Shown here: positions 58,255 through 64,000 of the stretch, piece by piece
Position numbering within the stretch: the first letter of the stretch is position 1
Layout: each line of letters starts with the position of its first letter
Notes under the pieces: model-generated
What the model was told of the DNA's origin: nothing
Seen by the model: the letters and a program-made list of their open reading frames with translations, nothing else
Databases searched by the model: none
Made by a program: the position numbers and the translations under genes
DNA from: an uncultured delta proteobacterium
GTDB lineage: Bacteria; Myxococcota_A; Polyangia; Polyangiales; Polyangiaceae
DNA: 64,000 bases
Assembly (NCBI GenBank): GCA_963782055.1
Contig: CAWAIF010000003.1
Location: 5,728,001 to 5,792,000, forward strand
Reading direction: 5' to 3'

Positions 58255-59133
58255 ATGAGATGGATGTGGCGTTCGGTGGTGGGGCTGCTGGTCGCGGGTG
58301 CTGCCTTCGGGGCAGCTCAGACCCTCGCGGCATGTAGCTCGGATGATGATGGAAACACTGTCGATTCCGGCGTCCCGGACGTCGGGACGTGCCCCAGCGG
58401 GTTCGAGGTGTGCGCGGGGCAATGCGCCGACCTCACCAACGACCGGGACAACTGCGGCGCGTGCGGCAAGGCCTGCAACACCGGGGAGAGCTGCTCCGCC
58501 GGCAAGTGCGTGCTGGGCTGCGGGGACGGCCGGCTGTCGTGCGACGGCGGCTGCGTCGACCCGAACGTCGACCCGGGCAACTGCGGCGGGTGCGGCATGG
58601 CCTGCGATCCCGGCTTCCGCTGCGAGGACGCCGGCTGCTCGGTGACCTGCCAGGACGGCCTGCTCATGTGCGGGGCCACCGTGGCGGACGCGGGCGGCGA
58701 CGACGCCGGCGCGGACGGAGGCGGCGCCGGGAGCGACGCGGGCGTGGTCTGCACCAACCCCAAGACGGACAACGCCCACTGCGGCGCGTGCGACGTCGTG
58801 TGCGCCGGAGGCACCAAGTGCGTCGACGGCACCTGCACCGTCACCTGCCAGGCGGACCTCACCGAGTGCCCGACGGACGACGACGGGGGGACGGGCTGCG
58901 CGGACCTCCGCCTCGACCCGAGCAACTGCGGCGCCTGCGGCAAGACGTGCGACGCCGGGACCTTCTGCTCGCCGACCGACGGCGGCGCGGGCTCATGTGG
59001 GCTCGGATGCTTCGGCGGCACCACCAAGTGCGGCAACCGCTGCGTGGATACCAAGATCGATCCCTACAACTGCGGCGGCTGCGCCAAGGCCTGCGATGGA
59101 GGTTCGTCATGCGTGAACAGCACCTGTCAGTGA
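58255..59133 (+). CDS. Cys-rich repeat lipoprotein (MXAN_6577/Stig1-like CxDxxxDxxNCGxCG repeats), 292 aa
   Basis: Start at ATG 58255, lipobox LAAC, five D-x-x-[NH]-CG-x-C repeats. Confidence 0.85.
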   Translation: MRWMWRSVVGLLVAGAAFGAAQTLAACSSDDDGNTVDSGVPDVGTCPSGFEVCAGQCADLTNDRDNCGACGKACNTGESCSAGKCVLGCGDGRLSCDGGCVDPNVDPGNCGGCGMACDPGFRCEDAGCSVTCQDGLLMCGATVADAGGDDAGADGGGAGSDAGVVCTNPKTDNAHCGACDVVCAGGTKCVDGTCTVTCQADLTECPTDDDGGTGCADLRLDPSNCGACGKTCDAGTFCSPTDGGAGSCGLGCFGGTTKCGNRCVDTKIDPYNCGGCAKACDGGSSCVNSTCQ

Positions 59134-61025
59134 GATCCGTCGGCTCCCTGCTCGCGCTCGCGACCGCGGCGCTGGTGGCGTTCAGCTGCGCGCAGAGCAA
59201 CGGCAACGACGCCGGGACGGGCACCGACGCGGGCACCGTCGAGGTGGGGCCGTGCGGGCCGAACCAGCTCGTCAAGTGCGGGGACACCTGCGTCGACACG
59301 CGCAGCAACCCGGACGACTGCGGCGCGTGCGGCACCAAGTGCGACGTCGCCAAGGGCGAGGTCTGCTCCAAGGGCAAGTGCTCCGCGCAGTGCGGCGGCG
59401 GCCTGACGAGCTGCAGCGGCGCGTGCACCGCCGTCAAGAGCGACCCGAACAACTGCGGCAGCTGCGGCACCAAGTGCCCGGACGGCTTCGTCTGCTCCAC
59501 CGGGAGCTGCGCGGCCGCGTGCCAGCCAGGGCTGAGCGACTGCAACGGCTCCTGCTTCGACTTCCAGACCGACGACGACAACTGCGGCGGCTGCGGCAAC
59601 GTGTGCGGGGACGGCCAGACCTGCCAGAACGGGAGCTGCCAGGCGAGCTGCGGCGCCGGCATGGCGGCGTGCTCCGACGGCGACGCGGGCACCACCTGCG
59701 TGGACGTCTCGCACGACCCCGACCACTGCGGCGACTGCAACACCAAGTGCGCGCAGGGCGAGTTCTGCCAGCCCGGCGGGGATGGCGGCGTCGCGACCTG
59801 TCAGCTCGGGTGCTTCGGCGGCACGACCAAGTGCGGCAACGCGTGCGTCGATACCAACATCGACCCGGCCAACTGCGGCGGGTGCGGGCAGACCTGCAAC
59901 GGCACCTGCAGCGGCGGCCACTGCTGCCCCAACGGCCAGATGTACTGCGACGGCGCGTGCAACACGCTCCAGCAGTGCGCGCTGCTCGGCGGCGGTCGCA
60001 TCGCCGCGGGTTACCAGCACGCGTGCGCCATCACCAACGGCGGCCAGCTCAAGTGCTGGGGCCACGGCACCTACGGCCAGCTCGGCGACGGCAACGCGCA
60101 GGACTCCAGCACGCCGATCACCGTGTCGCTCAGCGGGGTGACCTCCGTCGGCGCGGGCTGGGACCACTCGTGCGCGGCGGCGAACGGGCTGGCGTACTGC
60201 TGGGGCGAGGGCAGCAACGGGGAGATCGGCGACGGGGCGGCGACCGAGCGGGACACCCCCACGCAGGTGCCCGGCCTGACCAACGTGACCGTCGTCGACG
60301 GCGGCTACGAGCACACGTGCGCCGTCGCCGGCGGCACGGTGTACTGCTGGGGCGACAACTTCTACGGCGACGTGGGCGACGGCACCACGACCGAGCGGGA
60401 CAGCCCGGTGTCCACCGGCGTCACCAACGCCACTGTCGTCCGGGGCGGCCTCGACTACATGAGCTGCGCCCTGCTCGCCGACGGCACCGGCAAGTGCTGG
60501 GGCAGCGACAACTACTACGGGCAGACGGGGGACGGCACCAACACCGAGCAGGACTCGCCGGTGAGCATCTCCGGCCTGACCAACGCCATCGGGCTCGCCG
60601 CGGGCGACTTTCACGGCTGCGCCGTCCTCGGTGGCGGCGGGGTGATGTGCTGGGGCGAAGACGACTACGGCCAGCTCGGCGATGGCACCACCAACGACAG
60701 CAACGTCCCGGTCACGGCCAACGTCTCCGGCGCCATCGCGGTCGCCACCGGGGCCAGCCACACCTGCGCGCTGCTCACCGGCGGCATGGTGCAGTGCTGG
60801 GGAGCGAACTACTACGGCCAGCTCGGCGACGGCACCGGCAACGACAGCGACACGCCGGTGACCGCCATCGCGAGCGGCGCCGTCGCCATCGCCGCGGGCG
60901 AGGACTTCAGCTGCGCCATGATGGGCTCCGGCAAGGTCATGTGCTGGGGCGACAACAGCTACGGCGCCCTCGGTGACGGCACCAACAACGAGCAGGACTC
61001 GCCGGTCGAGGTCGTCGGGTTCTGA
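59130..61025 (+). CDS. Lipoprotein with Cys-rich repeats and a C-terminal RCC1/BLIP-II beta-propeller, 631 aa
   Basis: GTG start overlaps the upstream stop; lipobox AFSC; five Cys repeats; seven CWG..YGQLGDG-type RCC1 repeats. Confidence 0.88.
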   Translation: MRSVGSLLALATAALVAFSCAQSNGNDAGTGTDAGTVEVGPCGPNQLVKCGDTCVDTRSNPDDCGACGTKCDVAKGEVCSKGKCSAQCGGGLTSCSGACTAVKSDPNNCGSCGTKCPDGFVCSTGSCAAACQPGLSDCNGSCFDFQTDDDNCGGCGNVCGDGQTCQNGSCQASCGAGMAACSDGDAGTTCVDVSHDPDHCGDCNTKCAQGEFCQPGGDGGVATCQLGCFGGTTKCGNACVDTNIDPANCGGCGQTCNGTCSGGHCCPNGQMYCDGACNTLQQCALLGGGRIAAGYQHACAITNGGQLKCWGHGTYGQLGDGNAQDSSTPITVSLSGVTSVGAGWDHSCAAANGLAYCWGEGSNGEIGDGAATERDTPTQVPGLTNVTVVDGGYEHTCAVAGGTVYCWGDNFYGDVGDGTTTERDSPVSTGVTNATVVRGGLDYMSCALLADGTGKCWGSDNYYGQTGDGTNTEQDSPVSISGLTNAIGLAAGDFHGCAVLGGGGVMCWGEDDYGQLGDGTTNDSNVPVTANVSGAIAVATGASHTCALLTGGMVQCWGANYYGQLGDGTGNDSDTPVTAIASGAVAIAAGEDFSCAMMGSGKVMCWGDNSYGALGDGTNNEQDSPVEVVGF

Positions 61026-61029
61026 CCCG

Positions 61030-62082
61030 TCACCTGGCGAGCACCGCCTCCGCCACCTCCTCGCCCGTCTGGTGGGCGAGGAGGATGCCGTTGCGGTGAT
61101 GGCCGGTCGCGAGGAAGAGGCCGGGCAGCGGTGAGGCGCCGACGAGGGGCGTCTCGGCGTGGGGGCGGAAGCTGCTCCACGCCGGGCCGACCTGCGCCGT
61201 CGCGAGCGCCGGGACGAGGGTCGTCGCGGTGCGCAGCACGGCGAGCAGGCCGCCGGCGGTGACCTCCCGGCGGAAGCCGACGAACTCCATCGTCGAGCCG
61301 CACACCACCCGGCCGTCGCCGCGCGGCACGACGTACCCGCCCGCGCCGAAGACGATGACGCGCGCACCGGGCGGGCGCTCCTCGAGCTGCACGAGCTGGC
61401 CGCGCGCCGGGCGCACCGGGGGGAGGGCGCTCGGCAGGCCGGCGACGAGCGACGACCAGCTCCCGGCGGCGAGGACGGTCGCGTCGGCGGCGAGCGGGCC
61501 GTCGTCCAGCACGACGCCCGCGCAGCGATCGCCCTCCACGTCCAGCCCCCGGACGGTGGCGCCGGAGCGGATGGTCACCCGGGGATCGTGCGCGAGGGCG
61601 GCGACGAGCGCCCGCAGCAACGCCGGCGGCTCCACCTGCGCGTCGTCGGGGAAGTAGGCGGCGGCCACGACCGACTCGGCCAGCGCGGGCTCCACCTCCC
61701 GCGCGCGCCGCGCGTCCAGCAGCTCGGCGCGCAGGCCGGCGCGCGTCTGGGCGGAGACCGCCTCCGCCACGCGGGCGGCGGCGGTTGGGTCGAAGGCGGC
61801 GTCCAGCACGCCGCAACGCTTGTATCCTACATCGATCCCCGTCCGGTCGCGGATGGCCTCGACCCAGGCCCCGTAGCCGTCCCGGGCGCGGACCAGCCGG
61901 TCGATCCCCGACGCGGCCCCGTGGCCCCCCTCGATCTGCGCGCCCAGGATGCCCGCGGCGGCGCTGGAGGCCTCCGCCCCCGGCACGGCGCGCTCGACCA
62001 GCACCACCTCCGCCCCGCGCGCGGCGAGGGAGAACGCGGTGGAGCAGCCCATGATCCCCGCCCCGACGATGATGACGCGCAT
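61030..62082 (-). CDS. thiO: Glycine oxidase ThiO, 350 aa
   Basis: GAGIMG, ASSAAAGIL, LAAGSWS, PARGQ, YVVPRGDG..GST, FRP, ATGHHRNGILLA. Confidence 0.88.
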   Translation of the reverse strand: MRVIIVGAGIMGCSTAFSLAARGAEVVLVERAVPGAEASSAAAGILGAQIEGGHGAASGIDRLVRARDGYGAWVEAIRDRTGIDVGYKRCGVLDAAFDPTAAARVAEAVSAQTRAGLRAELLDARRAREVEPALAESVVAAAYFPDDAQVEPPALLRALVAALAHDPRVTIRSGATVRGLDVEGDRCAGVVLDDGPLAADATVLAAGSWSSLVAGLPSALPPVRPARGQLVQLEERPPGARVIVFGAGGYVVPRGDGRVVCGSTMEFVGFRREVTAGGLLAVLRTATTLVPALATAQVGPAWSSFRPHAETPLVGASPLPGLFLATGHHRNGILLAHQTGEEVAEAVLAR

Positions 62083-62190
62083 GCCGGCGACCTACTCCGC
62101 CGCGGCGCGGCATGCAACGCGGCGGGAGCGACCGGGGCGAAGATCGATGCGGGCCCGCGTACGTACTGGAGGCAACTCCCGGAGGCCCTC

Positions 62191-64000
62191 ATGCATCGTC
62201 TCGCCGCCACCCTGCTCGCCATCTCCTTGTTCGCGGCTGCAGCCCCCGCCACCGCGCAGGTCGCGCCGCAGGACGTTTCGCCCCCGCCGCCGGCGGGATC
62301 GTGGGCCTCGCAGCTGGTGGACGTGGCCAACCTGATCAAGCCGGACGCGTCGGCGTGCACCACGCGCTGCTTCGTGCTCGACCGGCTGCACCTGACCGGG
62401 ACGCTGGCGAAGGGCGAGGTGGACTTCGAGCTGGAGGGCGGGGTGCTCGCCAGGGGCGCCTTCGACGTGCCGCTCTTCGGGCCGCCCGGGCGCGTCCGGC
62501 TGGAGAACGTGACCGAGAACGGCCACGCCGCCACCATCCTCTTCGAGGGCGACAACTACATGCTCCACACCGACGCGCGGCACTTCGTGCTCAAGGGCCG
62601 CGTGGCGCTCCCCGACGACCGCACGCTGGAGGTGGCGGGTCCGCTCAACACGCTGGACGCCGACATCCAGGGCGGGCGCCTCACCGAGGGCGCGCACCTC
62701 TCCGGCCTGCAAGGGGCGACGCTGCACTTCGACGCGGAGGGCGACAAGCCGGCCGCGCAGCCGACGGTCTTCTCCCTCGCGCGGGCGCTGCGCGTCGGGA
62801 AGCGCGTGGAGTTCGAGTACAAGCTGACGATGCAGTCGGGCAACGACCTGGGCGTCGTGCGGCTGCCACTGCGCTACGGCGAGAAGGTGGTCGACGTGGC
62901 GGGCGTCACCGGCTGGCGGGTGGAGGGCGAGGAGCTGGTGCTGCCGGTGAGCGGCAAGTCCGCCGACGTCACCATCTCCGGGCAGCTCGCCAACGTGGGG
63001 TCCTTCACGCCCGATCCGCGCTCGCCCTTCGAGTGGTGGCTGCTGGAGAGCGACGCGGAGCACCGCGTGCTGGCGACGGGCGACGCCAAGCAGCACGACT
63101 CCTCCGAGTCGCCCATCGCGCGGCGCGAGCCCAACTCGCGGCTCTTCCTGGTGAGCAAGGGCCAGCACCTGGACGTGACGGTGCAGACGCTCGCCAGCAT
63201 GGACGTGCTCGCCGCGGTGGTGCGCTCGCACAGCCGGATGGTGGTGCTCTCCACCGCGGGCGACGTGGTGGCGCAGGACACGCTCTCCTACGAGAACAGC
63301 GGCCTGGATTACCTGTATTTTACACCTGACGGCAAGCCGCTCTACCTGGCGACCGACGGCAGCTCGGAGCGGGTGATGCACAAGGAGGGGTCGGACGACG
63401 TGATGATCCCCCTGCGCATCGGCTCGCACAGCTTCACGACGCAGAGCATCGGCCAGCTCGGCTGGGGCAAGCTCTTCGGGACGGTGAGCTTCGCCGGACC
63501 GCGCTTCCCGCTCGCGACGGGCAGCGAGACGGTGACCGTCGGCCTGCCGGAGGCCATCCACCCGGTGGTGGTCACCGGCGGCGACCACACCCGCTGGCCC
63601 CTCCGCCCGCGCGACGGGCTGGCGCTGCTGCTGGCCGCCGGCGCGGCGATGCTCGCGCTGCGCGGCTGGCGCAAGCGCACCCTCGGCTTCGTGTCGCTCG
63701 GCGGGCTGTGGTTCCTCTCGCCGCCCCTCTTCGTGACCGGCTTCGTCGCGGCGGGCGCGCTCGGCGTCGGGATGCTGGTGCGCCGGCTGGAGGTCAAGCC
63801 GCGCCGCTGGGCCATCGCCGCGGCCGGCCTGGCGTTGATCGCGGTGGGCGTGCCGCTGCTCGCGATCTCCTTCAGCGCTTCGAAGAACGCGTCGGTGATC
63901 GGCGGACGCCTCCACGACGTGACCACCGGGCAGACTCCGGCGCAGGCCGTCGCGGGGGCCGAGGTCACCGACACCCCGGCGGACGAGGACGGGGCCAGGG
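62191..64000 (+). CDS. Large secreted/membrane hypothetical protein (>600 aa), runs off the window
   Basis: Translated by hand (no stop in the window). RBS GGAGG, signal peptide MHRLAATLLAISLFAAAAPATA-Q, a beta-rich ectodomain, then several TM helices from ~63610. Confidence 0.8.
   Translation, partial: MHRLAATLLAISLFAAAAPATAQVAPQDVSPPPPAGSWASQLVDVANLIKPDASACTTRCFVLDRLHLTGTLAKGEVDFELEGGVLARGAFDVPLFGPPGRVRLENVTENGHAATILFEGDNYMLHTDARHFVLKGRVALPDDRTLEVAGPLNTLDADIQGGRLTEGAHLSGLQGATLHFDAEGDKPAAQPTVFSLARALRVGKRVEFEYKLTMQSGNDLGVVRLPLRYGEKVVDVAGVTGWRVEGEELVLPVSGKSADVTISGQLANVGSFTPDPRSPFEWWLLESDAEHRVLATGDAKQHDSSESPIARREPNSRLFLVSKGQHLDVTVQTLASMDVLAAVVRSHSRMVVLSTAGDVVAQDTLSYENSGLDYLYFTPDGKPLYLATDGSSERVMHKEGSDDVMIPLRIGSHSFTTQSIGQLGWGKLFGTVSFAGPRFPLATGSETVTVGLPEAIHPVVVTGGDHTRWPLRPRDGLALLLAAGAAMLALRGWRKRTLGFVSLGGLWFLSPPLFVTGFVAAGALGVGMLVRRLEVKPRRWAIAAAGLALIAVGVPLLAISFSASKNASVIGGRLHDVTTGQTPAQAVAGAEVTDTPADEDGAR

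Overview
High-GC myxobacterial DNA, most likely Polyangia/Sorangiineae; this is inferred from gene content and from the Asp-Ala-Gly-rich, Cys-rich lipoproteins. The first ~34 kb is a consolidated adventurous-gliding (Agl-Glt) locus. On the minus strand it runs gltC-gltD(agmU)-gltE(aglT)-gltF-gltG-TPR lipoprotein-gltI(agmK, ~3,820 aa). A gltK/cglC-like lipoprotein diverges from gltC, and two GltA/GltB-like beta-barrels follow an intervening block that includes yraN and ftsY. gltG is split by a single extra base at ~17574. A complete 1,516-bp single-ORF IS66 element (15-bp TIRs, 8-bp target duplication) sits in a hairpin between gltI and an FHA-sigma54 activator gene. The right half holds tRNA-His(GTG), a deacetylase, PLD plus glpA/glpB-like genes, CtpA and a TIGR04563 small protein. 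It also holds a secreted Fam20/Four-jointed-like kinase-fold lipoprotein, a CADD/PqqC-like enzyme, an XRE-SDR-QueA-paralog module, a stand-alone 6S RNA with its own promoter and terminator, two intergenic repeat clusters, an orphan PglZ-like protein, Cys-rich/RCC1 lipoproteins and thiO. Three coding regions absent from the ORF track were read by hand (1..1235 minus, 51257..51427 minus, 62191..64000 plus). All family assignments come from motif recognition and recall, not database searches.
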